From Prolixibacteraceae bacterium (GTDB lineage Bacteria > Bacteroidota > Bacteroidia > Bacteroidales > Prolixibacteraceae), in NCBI GenBank assembly GCA_963692465.1, contig OY829943.1, forward strand, positions 417,935-481,934: 64,000 nucleotides of DNA. The letters are read 5' to 3'. Under the pieces are notes generated by a model. The model was not told where the DNA came from, searched no databases, and saw nothing but the letters and a program-made list of their open reading frames with translations. The position numbers and the translations under genes are program-made. Of the stretch, positions 28,449-37,244 are shown piece after piece (the first letter of the stretch is position 1; each line of letters opens with the position of its first letter).

Positions 28449-28490
28449 GGAAAGCAGTCTCATCAATATGAGACTGCTTTCCTTTTTTCT
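28449..28490. terminator. Bidirectional hairpin terminator (3' of the tRNA on the minus strand)
   Basis: Perfect 14-bp stem GGAAAGCAGTCTCA / TGAGACTGCTTTCC, flanked by an A-run upstream and a T-run downstream. Confidence 0.75.
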
Positions 28491-28491
28491 G

Positions 28492-28563
28492 AGCCGGAGA
28501 CGGGAGTTGAACCCGTGACCCCATCCTTACCAAGGATGTACTCTACCACTGAGCTACTTCGGC
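28492..28563 (-). tRNA. tRNA-Thr (anticodon GGT)
   Basis: The minus strand reads GCCGAAG-TA-GCTC-AGTGGTA-GAGT-A-CATCC-TTGGTAA-GGATG-GGGTC-ACGGG-TTCAACT-CCCGT-CTCCGGC-T. This is a cloverleaf with one A/C mismatch in the acceptor stem, a T-loop TTCAACT, and the anticodon loop centred on GGT. Confidence 0.88.
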
Positions 28564-28873
28564 TTTCCTTTTTTTATTGTGGCAGCAAAAGTAAAAATTA
28601 TTTCATACCCTGCAAGGTAATCATCATGAAAACTGAGCTTTTTTTTCTCTAAACCGCTAGCTTTTTCAAGTCATTCAGCTGTAACAACCTCTAAGACAAA
28701 AAGGAAGATTGCATTCCTTCTTTTCTACTCAAAAAAAATTGAGTTTATACCCAAATCAATATTTTAAACGGACTAATTACAGTTCAAACGACTGAAGAAG
28801 AATTACAATAATTACCTTTGCGCTGTTCTGGTTGACAATTGAATCAGATCTTTTTTTAATAAAACCCGTTAAG

Positions 28874-30493
28874 ATGCGAAGACTTTTTTTACTAATGATA
28901 ATGCTTTCTCCTTATCTGTTAGCTGCACAATGTTACCCCAAACGCGAAATGAGAGCGGCATGGATTGCTACGGTAGCAAATATTGACTGGCCTTCAACAT
29001 CTAATCTTTCGGTTGAAAAACAACAGAAAGAAATGATTCGATTACTTGATGAGCTTAAATCATATAACCTGAATACCGTAATTTTTCAAATACGACCGGC
29101 TACTGACGCGTTCTATGCTTCCCCATACGAGCCGTGGTCGCAATGGCTGAACGGAAAACAAGGACGCGGTCCTGATCCTTTCTACGATCCACTCGAATTC
29201 ATTATTCGGGAATGCAGAAAAAGAGGCATGGAGATTCAGGTGTGGGTTAATCCTTATCGCGCAGTTTTCGGGGCACGAAGGACCATTACTGATCCGAAAC
29301 ATATTACTAATCTTCATCCGGACTGGTTCCTGACTTACGGAAACAGCAAATATTTCGACCCCGGCCTTCCTCAAACCCGTGACTACGTGGCTAAAGTGAT
29401 TAGCGATGTAGTCAGACGATACGATATCGACGGCGTTCACCTGGATGATTATTTCTACCCTTACAAAATCGCTCATGAAGAATTTCCCGATAATCATTCG
29501 TTCGAAGAATTTCCACGAGGATTTAAAAAAGAGCAGAAAGAAGACTGGAGAAGAGATAATGTGAATCTGATTATCAAGCAACTTCACGATAGTATCAAAT
29601 ACATTAAACCGTGGGTTCAGTTCGGCGTCTCCCCTTTTGGCGTATGGAGAAATCTGTATCAAGACCCGGAGGGGTCAAAGACCAAAGCAGGAACAACGAA
29701 TTACGACGATTTATATGCAGACATCTTAAAATGGCAGAAGAGTGACTGGGTGGACTACGTTACCCCTCAGTTATACTGGCCGATTGGAAAGAAAATTGCC
29801 GATTACGCAGTTCTCTCTGACTGGTGGAGTAAAAATGCAAACGGGGCACAAGTCTATATCGGACAGGCACCTTATCGTATTGATAAAAAATCGAAAGACC
29901 GGGCTTGGAAAAGTTCGATGGAACTGATCAGGCAAATTAACATTAACCGTTCTTTACCCAACGTGAAGGGAAGCTTCTATTTCAGTGCCAAACATTTTCT
30001 GCGCAATCCGTTGCGTTTAAAACAGGAATTAGTTAATGGAGACTATAAATATCCGGCTCTTCAGCCTGAGAATAATCGTATCCCGACAATTATTCCTTCG
30101 CTGCCCGACAATGCAGTTCTCGCTATTGAAAATAACATGTTAAAACTAAAATGGGATAAAGGGATCAACAATCAATCATTTATCATCTATTGCTATCAAA
30201 AAAATGATTCGTTAAAAACGAACAACCCGGCAAATATTATTACGATAACAGGTGAAACAGAATACTGCATCCCGTTTGATAAAAAACATGACCCATCGGA
30301 ATACATCTATGTGATCACCGCTTTAAGTCCGTCTTATGCAGAAAGTCTGCCTGTCATTTTTGAGTCGTCAAAAGAACAGAATGTTCATCTGATTACGAAA
30401 CAAGAGAAGTTACCTTTCTCTGCATCCGATTCTTCACATTACATGAAAACACTTCCTTTTTACGATTCAAACTACGACATTAATAAAAGATGA
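28874..30493 (+). CDS. Glycoside-hydrolase-like family 10 protein (GHL10 / YngK / COG1649-type)
   Basis: The Met at 28874 gives a signal peptide (MRRLFLLMIMLSPYLLAAQ). It has EMRAAWIATVANIDWPS, IFQIRPATDAFY, VHLDDYFYP. Confidence 0.7.
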   Translation: MRRLFLLMIMLSPYLLAAQCYPKREMRAAWIATVANIDWPSTSNLSVEKQQKEMIRLLDELKSYNLNTVIFQIRPATDAFYASPYEPWSQWLNGKQGRGPDPFYDPLEFIIRECRKRGMEIQVWVNPYRAVFGARRTITDPKHITNLHPDWFLTYGNSKYFDPGLPQTRDYVAKVISDVVRRYDIDGVHLDDYFYPYKIAHEEFPDNHSFEEFPRGFKKEQKEDWRRDNVNLIIKQLHDSIKYIKPWVQFGVSPFGVWRNLYQDPEGSKTKAGTTNYDDLYADILKWQKSDWVDYVTPQLYWPIGKKIADYAVLSDWWSKNANGAQVYIGQAPYRIDKKSKDRAWKSSMELIRQININRSLPNVKGSFYFSAKHFLRNPLRLKQELVNGDYKYPALQPENNRIPTIIPSLPDNAVLAIENNMLKLKWDKGINNQSFIIYCYQKNDSLKTNNPANIITITGETEYCIPFDKKHDPSEYIYVITALSPSYAESLPVIFESSKEQNVHLITKQEKLPFSASDSSHYMKTLPFYDSNYDINKR

Positions 30494-30501
30494 TCTGAAA
30501 A

Positions 30502-31608
30502 ATGGAAAAAACTCAACGTTATATTGCACTCGACGTCCTTCGCGGACTTACAGTGGCAATGATGATTCTGGTCAATAATCCAGGAAATTGGAGTTATGTC
30601 TATGCTCCCTTATTACACTCTCAATGGAACGGTTGTACGCCAACGGATCTGGTCTTTCCATTCTTTCTGTTTGTTGTGGGTGTTTCACTCTATTTCTCTT
30701 TCAATAAATACAACAACAGCTTAAACAGGCAGTCTTTGCTGAAAATAGGAAGGCGAACGGTCTTAATTTTTCTAATCGGCCTCTTTCTGAATTCTTTTCC
30801 GCAATGGATGACGGTCTATTCCAAATTACGGATCATGGGTGTTTTGCAACGAATTGCTCTGGCATACGGAATCGGCGCTCTGATTATCCTTGCTGTTAAA
30901 CCGAAGATACTACCCTATCTGGGTGCTTTTATATTACTATTATACTGGGGATTAATCTATTTTATCGGTAGTCCGGACCCTTATTCCCTACAGAACAATA
31001 TCACAACCGATGTGGATTCTGCAATTTTCGGAGTCAATCATCTTTATACGGGTTTTGGTATTCCTTTCGACCCTGAGGGAATTTTAAACACACTCCCAGC
31101 GCTTGTAACCGTCATAATCGGCTACCAAGTTGGAAAGTTGATAAAGAGCACAGACAAAGAGAAAGTTCCCATAACGCTTCTCTTTTGGGGCATTGCTTCG
31201 ATCATCGGCGGACTGATCTGGAATATCGGATTTCCGATCAACAAAGCATTGTGGTCAAGCTCATATGTTCTTTATACAGCTGGCTGGGCCATTCTAGTGC
31301 TTTCTCTTTTGGTATGGATCATTGATCTCAGGGGAAAAGTCAAATGGGCTAAGCCGTTTCAGGTATTTGGCATGAATCCGCTCTTCTTATATGCGCTTTC
31401 GGAGCTCATTGGCATCTCACTGATGAAGATAAAAGTTCCGACCGGGCCCACTACTTTTATATCTGGTGGCGGATGGATTTACAACAATTTGTTCTTCACG
31501 ATTGATAAGACGTACAATGGATCTCTTCTTTTTGCCATCATGAATGTTGTCATCTTATGGCTTATCGGATATGTGTTGTACAAACGTAAAATATTTATTA
31601 AAGTGTGA
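30502..31608 (+). CDS. Polytopic membrane acyltransferase, heparan-alpha-glucosaminide N-acetyltransferase-like (DUF1624/DUF5009, NagX-like)
   Basis: YIALDVLRGLTVAMMILVNNPGNWS...HSQWNGCTPTDLVFPFFLFVVG, with about 10 TM segments. Confidence 0.7.
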   Translation: MEKTQRYIALDVLRGLTVAMMILVNNPGNWSYVYAPLLHSQWNGCTPTDLVFPFFLFVVGVSLYFSFNKYNNSLNRQSLLKIGRRTVLIFLIGLFLNSFPQWMTVYSKLRIMGVLQRIALAYGIGALIILAVKPKILPYLGAFILLLYWGLIYFIGSPDPYSLQNNITTDVDSAIFGVNHLYTGFGIPFDPEGILNTLPALVTVIIGYQVGKLIKSTDKEKVPITLLFWGIASIIGGLIWNIGFPINKALWSSSYVLYTAGWAILVLSLLVWIIDLRGKVKWAKPFQVFGMNPLFLYALSELIGISLMKIKVPTGPTTFISGGGWIYNNLFFTIDKTYNGSLLFAIMNVVILWLIGYVLYKRKIFIKV

Positions 31609-31620
31609 TCGGACAAAAAA

Positions 31621-31650
31621 GGCTGAAGAAAAAATCTTCAGCCTTTTTTA
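31621..31650. terminator. Bidirectional terminator between convergent genes
   Basis: Stem GGCTGAAG / CTTCAGCC, with an A-run before and a T-run after. Confidence 0.7.
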
Positions 31651-31662
31651 TTGTTTTATACT

Positions 31663-32151
31663 TTACTTTTCAGGATGCTTGACATAGATCATTTTGTCAT
31701 CTTTTTCATCATAGTAATCTTTAAGGGTCGCGACAGCGGTATATCCCCGTTTATCAAAGAAAATACGGGCAACCCGACATCTGGACCGTGAGGGAATTTC
31801 AGCCCAAATATGTTTTCCTCCCCGTTTGGCAATATCCTTCTCTGCGATCTTCAGAATCAACTTACCGATCCCGGTCTTCACCTTTTCCTGTCTCACCCCA
31901 AGGAACCGAATATAGAAAGACTCAGGACTAACCGGGTCCGGTCCATATCCAACAAAACCGACGACCTGCTTTCCATCCTCAACGATGACCCAATAAGAGC
32001 CGCTATCGGGCTCTCCCCATTCTATATTCTGTCCTGCCATCTTTACGGCCGCATCAACTTCATTATCCTGGAATACATCAGAAGTCTCAAGGATATAACT
32101 GATCGAATCAACATCAGAAGATTCAAGATAATTTCTAAACTCTAATTTCAT
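31663..32151 (-). CDS. GNAT-family N-acetyltransferase
   Basis: ORF 31663..32211; the Met at 32151 (MKLEFRNY) is preferred. It has the acetyl-CoA binding block FLGVRQEKVKTGIGKLILKIAE. Confidence 0.7.
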   Translation of the reverse strand: MKLEFRNYLESSDVDSISYILETSDVFQDNEVDAAVKMAGQNIEWGEPDSGSYWVIVEDGKQVVGFVGYGPDPVSPESFYIRFLGVRQEKVKTGIGKLILKIAEKDIAKRGGKHIWAEIPSRSRCRVARIFFDKRGYTAVATLKDYYDEKDDKMIYVKHPEK

Positions 32152-32342
32152 ACCGGTCACAAGTTTTTTTTGTAAAACACGCGCCCCGAAAGAAAAAATG
32201 TCGGGAATCATTTTTATTTCATCAGGTGCTAATAATATGAAATTCCACGATAAAACAAAAATCTATTTCACAAAATAAATTCACATTCCCTCATCTTTCT
32301 TAAAATTATCTCACTTTAAAGGATTTTCGTAAGGTTTTCTCC

Positions 32343-32388
32343 TTAAAAAACGAATAGGAGATGAAAAAAAAATCACCTCCTATTCGTT
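32343..32388 (-). terminator. Rho-independent terminator downstream of the acidic-protein gene
   Basis: Perfect 12-bp stem (AACGAATAGGAG / CTCCTATTCGTT), followed on the minus strand by TTTTTT. Confidence 0.7.
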
Positions 32389-32465
32389 GATCCGTATGAC
32401 AAATATTTTAGAAAACACAAGTCATATCCAACAATAAAAGAACACATTAGTATTTTCTTATTGCT

Positions 32466-32864
32466 TTAAAAATCATCATCATTATAATACCCGCCACCAC
32501 CGAATTCTTCATCACTACTAAGATCGTCATTCAAAAGGTCACTCGACTCCTCAATATGAAGATCTTCAAATTCTCTCATATCTTCATCAAAATTATAAGC
32601 GGCGTCGTCGTTGCTCTCTTCGTCATCCGATGATTCATCGTCTTCGTCTTCATCATCATCTTCAACATCAGCCTCATCAATGTCATAATCATCGTCAAGA
32701 TCGTCCTCATCGACATCATCATCTTCACGATCTTCGTCGTTGAAATCGTCATCTTCGTCAACACTTTTCTTCATTGAATACTCCAACGAACCATAGAACT
32801 TATCCATTCCACCAAAGTCTTCTTCAAAACCACCGACTTCTTCAAAAATGTCACCTTTTTTCAT
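32466..32864 (-). CDS. Hyper-acidic low-complexity protein (132 aa)
   Basis: Long D/E runs (DEDDDFNDEDREDDDVDEDDLDDDYDIDEADVEDDDEDEDDESSDDEE). It has its own terminator and lies 176 nt downstream of the PBP1A gene on the same strand. Confidence 0.6.
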   Translation of the reverse strand: MKKGDIFEEVGGFEEDFGGMDKFYGSLEYSMKKSVDEDDDFNDEDREDDDVDEDDLDDDYDIDEADVEDDDEDEDDESSDDEESNDDAAYNFDEDMREFEDLHIEESSDLLNDDLSSDEEFGGGGYYNDDDF

Positions 32865-33040
32865 TTCGGCCTAGTTTTATTTGTTATACATTTATTTTAG
32901 TTACCTGTAAAACAACATTATTACTCATCTCATAAAAATAAATAGTGCTCATAATCCGCTTCTCAATAACAAGATGGCTCTTTTGTTACTCTTACATGAG
33001 CAAATATACGGGAAAGATTAATACACCTAATAGTTTAAAA

Positions 33041-35527
33041 CTATTTTTTCTCTTCTTTATCAGGAGAAGTTCCTTTTGTTGGGGTTACGGTATTTCCGGG
33101 TACGGTTGCCGGGACATTTCCAGGTGCGGTTGCCGGGGTATTCGCCGGAGTATTATTTGTCGATGAACTCTGTTTTTGTTCTTCCAGTTGTTTTTGTAAG
33201 TCAGACAGATATTGCTGTTTGAGTCCTTCAACCGTCACATCGGCATAAGGAGATTCACCCGTTCCACTAATGTGCGGCAATTGAAGTTTATCCCAGACTG
33301 GTTTAATGGGCTGATGAAAAGAAGCATAAGTTACTTTTCTGAAACTCGGGTCGGCATTTACTTTCTGCATAAAATAAGCAAAAACAGGCATTGCCTGTAC
33401 GGAAGCTTGTCCGAGATTCAATGTTTTAAAATGGATTCTGGGATCATCCGCTCCGACCCAGCAACCGGCAACTATCGATGGGTTATAACCGATAAACCAC
33501 CCATCAGCCTGATTCTGTGAGGTTCCGGTCTTCCCCGCCAAATCGGTCTTAACACCATAGGCATAACGGAGTGCACCTGCGGTTCCGCTGTTCACAACGG
33601 CCCTGGTCATACAATTCAGAATATCTACATTGGTAGTGTCTGCGACGTAGGTCCGACCGGAATGTTCTCCTGTAAAATCGTGAATCAGATTTCCCCCTGC
33701 ATCGGTTATTTTCAAAAGATAATAAGGGTCTACCCGACTGCCACGGTTAGCAAAAACACTATAAGCTTCAATCATTTCCCGAAGAGAAACATCAGCCGAC
33801 CCAAGGGCCAGAGATGCATATCCCGGTAACTCTGAAGCAATGCCCATCTTCTTAGCCAAACGAATGGCATTTTCTATTCCGCCTCTCAATAACATCTCAA
33901 CAGAGATAGAATTAACCGAATAGGCCAAAGCTCCTTCCATCGAATAGTAATTTCCGTAAGTGTTATCAGAATTCTTCGGGGACCAGTTATTATAAGCTTC
34001 ATAAGTCTTTCGCTCATCCTTATAATATACAAACGGACTGACTCCATTTGCCAATGCAGATAGGTATACAATAGGCTTAAACAGCGAACCAGCCTGTCGT
34101 TGCGATGTCACATGATCGTACTTAAAATACTGTTGGTTAATACCCCCTATCCATGCTAATACTTTACCCGAGCGGGGATCCATCGCCATAAAACCGCAAT
34201 TGAGAAAACGAAGATAGTGTTTGACCGAATCAAGAGGGCTCATCATAACGGTTTTTTCACCATTCCAGTCCCATATACGCATCTTAACCTTTGTGACAAA
34301 AATCTTTTTAATCCATTTATCTGAAACCCCGGATGCTTTTAATTGTTGATAATGATCGGAACGTCTTACGGCTTCACTTAAAACCGAAGCATCATTACCC
34401 CATGGATTGTGTCGTCCCCATTGATTATCAAACTGCCGCTGCAGCGAAGCCATGTGATGTTGCATTGCCTGTTCGGCATAAGTCTGTAACCGGGAATCGA
34501 TGGTTACATAAATTTTCAGTCCGTCATTATACAAGTCCCAGTAAGATCCATCCGTTTTAGGGTGTTTGCGAAGCCAGTCCTCCAGCTCTACTTTGATTTT
34601 CTCCCTTAGGTAAGGTGCTAATCCGTCACTTTGTGTATCCTTCCGATAGTTGAGATCAAGCGGTTTTATCTGGGCCATGTTTTCTTTTTCCGGGGAAATA
34701 ACGCCGTATTTTGCCATCTGTGCAAGGACCACGTTTCTCCGGTCAAATGCACGTTGTGGAAACATACGTGGATTAAATAACGCAGGAGCTTTTAACATTC
34801 CAATTAGAACGGCTGATTCATCAAGAGTCAAATTTGAAGCATGCTTGCTGAAAAAACGTTGCGATGCAGCTTCTATGCCATAAGTCTCTTCACCAAAAGG
34901 GACCGTATTTAAATAAAGATCAAGTATCTCATCTTTGGTATGAAGTTTCTCTATACGAGTTGCGACAATTACTTCCCTCACTTTAGCCACTGGCATGGTA
35001 AAAGGACCGTGATCAACGCGGGGAAAAAGATTTTTTGCCAACTGCTGACTCAAGGTACTTCCTCCACCGGAACTACGATCGCCTAATATAAGCGACTTAA
35101 ACAGCACCCGGAGTAAACTACGGCGGTCAACCCCTTTATGCTCATAAAAACGAGCATCTTCTGTTGCTATTAATGCATTGACAACATCCGGAGAAATCTT
35201 ACTTAAAGGGACTGTCGTTCTATTTTTACTAAAAATTCGCCCCAGTACATGATTATCGGAAGAGATAATCTCGGTTGCCGTAACCGTTCGGATTCGTTCC
35301 AAATCGGCCTTATTGGGAATGATTCCCCACCAGCCCTGATAAACGGTAATAATAAAAACAGAAAAAAGAACAATTGCCGAAACAATACAGACAGCAGAAC
35401 CGATTAGAATTCTTTTTCGCGTAAGAACTTTCCTCAACAGTTCATGCAGGAACACCTCTCCTTGTTTAAATGCTGAAAACAATTTTCCTCCTTTCCATCT
35501 GCCATGCATGTTCTTATTTTCTCTCAT
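33041..35527 (-). CDS. mrcA: Penicillin-binding protein 1A (bifunctional transglycosylase/transpeptidase)
   Basis: GT51 motifs (ATEDARFYEHKGVD, GGSTLSQQLAKN), transpeptidase motifs (SLFKP, SVN, KTGT), and a low-complexity Pro/Thr/Ala tail. Confidence 0.9.
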   Translation of the reverse strand: MRENKNMHGRWKGGKLFSAFKQGEVFLHELLRKVLTRKRILIGSAVCIVSAIVLFSVFIITVYQGWWGIIPNKADLERIRTVTATEIISSDNHVLGRIFSKNRTTVPLSKISPDVVNALIATEDARFYEHKGVDRRSLLRVLFKSLILGDRSSGGGSTLSQQLAKNLFPRVDHGPFTMPVAKVREVIVATRIEKLHTKDEILDLYLNTVPFGEETYGIEAASQRFFSKHASNLTLDESAVLIGMLKAPALFNPRMFPQRAFDRRNVVLAQMAKYGVISPEKENMAQIKPLDLNYRKDTQSDGLAPYLREKIKVELEDWLRKHPKTDGSYWDLYNDGLKIYVTIDSRLQTYAEQAMQHHMASLQRQFDNQWGRHNPWGNDASVLSEAVRRSDHYQQLKASGVSDKWIKKIFVTKVKMRIWDWNGEKTVMMSPLDSVKHYLRFLNCGFMAMDPRSGKVLAWIGGINQQYFKYDHVTSQRQAGSLFKPIVYLSALANGVSPFVYYKDERKTYEAYNNWSPKNSDNTYGNYYSMEGALAYSVNSISVEMLLRGGIENAIRLAKKMGIASELPGYASLALGSADVSLREMIEAYSVFANRGSRVDPYYLLKITDAGGNLIHDFTGEHSGRTYVADTTNVDILNCMTRAVVNSGTAGALRYAYGVKTDLAGKTGTSQNQADGWFIGYNPSIVAGCWVGADDPRIHFKTLNLGQASVQAMPVFAYFMQKVNADPSFRKVTYASFHQPIKPVWDKLQLPHISGTGESPYADVTVEGLKQQYLSDLQKQLEEQKQSSSTNNTPANTPATAPGNVPATVPGNTVTPTKGTSPDKEEKK

Positions 35528-35642
35528 AAAAAGTGGAACCTTCTAACGTGGCAAAAGTAACAAAAAAAAGAAACCCCTTGAAATACATGTTCGGTATTCC
35601 AAGGGGCTCTGGTTACAGCATTATGTTTTATATTTTTCGCTC

Positions 35643-35940
35643 CTACTGAAGAGTAAAAACTTCTTTTTGTAGATTTTGTGAATCCGTACCAACAAAAACA
35701 TCATATCTCCCGGGTTCGGTTCCTACCGTCATACCCTTTCTAAGAAACTCAAGACCACAGTCCTTCGTTGTTGGCAATATAAACAAAGCCTTGCCGGTCT
35801 GTCGCAATTGACCAGTTTTGATTTGCAGTATGATACTCCGATTTATTGTAATTGACAACAAATGAATTTGCTACAATATTATTTTCCACAAAAAAAAGGG
35901 AAACAATAATGCTGACCAAAATAAATCTGCCCTTTCTCAC
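35643..35940 (-). pseudogene. Scar made of two unrelated gene fragments (sensor N-terminus + glycosidase-like C-terminus)
   Basis: 35749-35940 encodes a signal/TM segment plus one two-component-regulator-propeller-like repeat (YHTANQNWSIATDRQGFVYIANNEGLW) and then stops. An overlapping frame, 35643-35861, ends ...GTEPGRYDVFVGTDSQNLQKEVFTLQ, which resembles the C-terminal end of GH3-type glycosidases. Confidence 0.4.
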
Positions 35941-36138
35941 CCTTAGTTAATTTAGTAGTAGGCAAATTTACGCATTTTTTTACGGACTATTTATGAGTAT
36001 AATTATAATTACAAAAACTCATCTTCTGATTGACTTTTCTATTAAATTACGAATTGACTTCAGGTTGCCTACCGCAGACTTACCATTGGGGTAGGCTTAC
36101 GGTAGGTTATATGCTTCCTGCTTTGACACCTGAAAAAT

Positions 36139-36909
36139 TTATTCTTCTTTTTTCTGTTTTTGTACCATCTCGGTAAAACTCTTAGCAGCAGTCGTAATTT
36201 CGGAAGGCATCATGATAACCGTTGTTGTATTGTTGTCAATTCCGATTTCTGAAAGCATCTGCATCCGTCTAAGTTCAAGCGCAATCGGACTTCCCTCCAT
36301 CTGCTTTGCTCCCTGAGTTAGTTTAACTGAAGCCTCCAGCTCAGCTTCCGCTTTAATAATACGAGCTCTCTTTTCCCGAATTGCTTCTGCTTCACGAGCC
36401 ATAGCACGTTGCATTGATTCTGGAATCTCAACATCCTTCATCTCAACCATTTCTATTTTTATTCCCCATGGTTCCGTAGCTGAATCGACTAACTGTTGAA
36501 GCTTGTTATTAATATCTTCCCGCTCTTTAAGCACTTCGTCCAATTGGTGTTGCCCGATAATATTACGCAAAACTGTTACAGAGAACTGATAAACAGCCTG
36601 ATTATAATTGGCAACTTCAATAATTGCCTTCTTTGGATCTATAACTTTAAACCATAAAACGGCATTCACTTTAATAGTCACACTATCTTTCGTGATAGTT
36701 TCCTGTTGCTCCAAATCAACGGTTTTTGTCCGCATATCAATTTTCTGCTGAGAATCGATAACTGGAATAAGCCAATACAATCCAGGCCCTTTAACTGCAT
36801 GAAACCGACCCAAACGAAAAACAATCGCTCTTTGATATTCCTGTGCTACTCTTAATCCAGAAAGGAATAAAAGCACAATCATTAGTACAATAAAACCTAG
36901 AATCTCCAT
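36139..36909 (-). CDS. SPFH/band-7 protein (stomatin-like)
   Basis: N-terminal TM segment, VAQEYQRAIVFRLGR, and a coiled ...REAEAIREKRARIIKAEAELEAS. Confidence 0.9.
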   Translation of the reverse strand: MEILGFIVLMIVLLFLSGLRVAQEYQRAIVFRLGRFHAVKGPGLYWLIPVIDSQQKIDMRTKTVDLEQQETITKDSVTIKVNAVLWFKVIDPKKAIIEVANYNQAVYQFSVTVLRNIIGQHQLDEVLKEREDINNKLQQLVDSATEPWGIKIEMVEMKDVEIPESMQRAMAREAEAIREKRARIIKAEAELEASVKLTQGAKQMEGSPIALELRRMQMLSEIGIDNNTTTVIMMPSEITTAAKSFTEMVQKQKKEE

Positions 36910-37244
36910 AATCGTTAATTTTTCATTTAAAACATGTGATGAATTTAGAATATATAATAATATCTACGCTATAAATTTCTGTTTTTTATTGTCGAAAACG
37001 AATTAACATTATTTCTTAACGGAAAGACAACACGAACAATTGCGGTCGCCTGCTCCGCTTTTTAAATCATTCAAGATTATATTCTTATGATCGGTACATT
37101 CAAAACAAGGAGGTATCTTGCCTTTTTGGACAAGATGAATGTGAAATAATGGTCCTTTTTAATCTAAAACAGGTTCTGAAACAGGTATAATTTTTAAACA
37201 GGCAACCTTTCTATTATCTTTGTACCCTTCAAATTTTAATATTT

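Noticed and set aside
32576-32764. The alternative-frame ORF inside the acidic-protein gene (MLTKMTISTTKIVKMMMS...).
   Set aside because: It is a product of the GAT/GAA/GAC codon repeats read out of frame on the same strand. The D/E frame is longer and has a start and a terminator.
36060-36110. Nested inverted repeats (GCCTACC...GGTAGGC, CCTACCG...CGGTAGG) downstream of the stomatin-like gene, considered as a riboswitch or attenuator.
   Set aside because: They are short alternative hairpins without a T-run or any recognisable riboswitch core. They are most simply a weak terminator or a chance structure.
37009-37146. A Cys-rich mini-ORF on the minus strand upstream of the stomatin-like gene (...PPCFECTDHKNIILNDLKSGAGDRNCSCCLSVKK-stop), considered as a possible zinc-ribbon or NfeD remnant.
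   Set aside because: There is no ATG, GTG or TTG start in frame after the preceding stop codon, and I recognise no conserved family. It would need Ribo-seq or conservation evidence.
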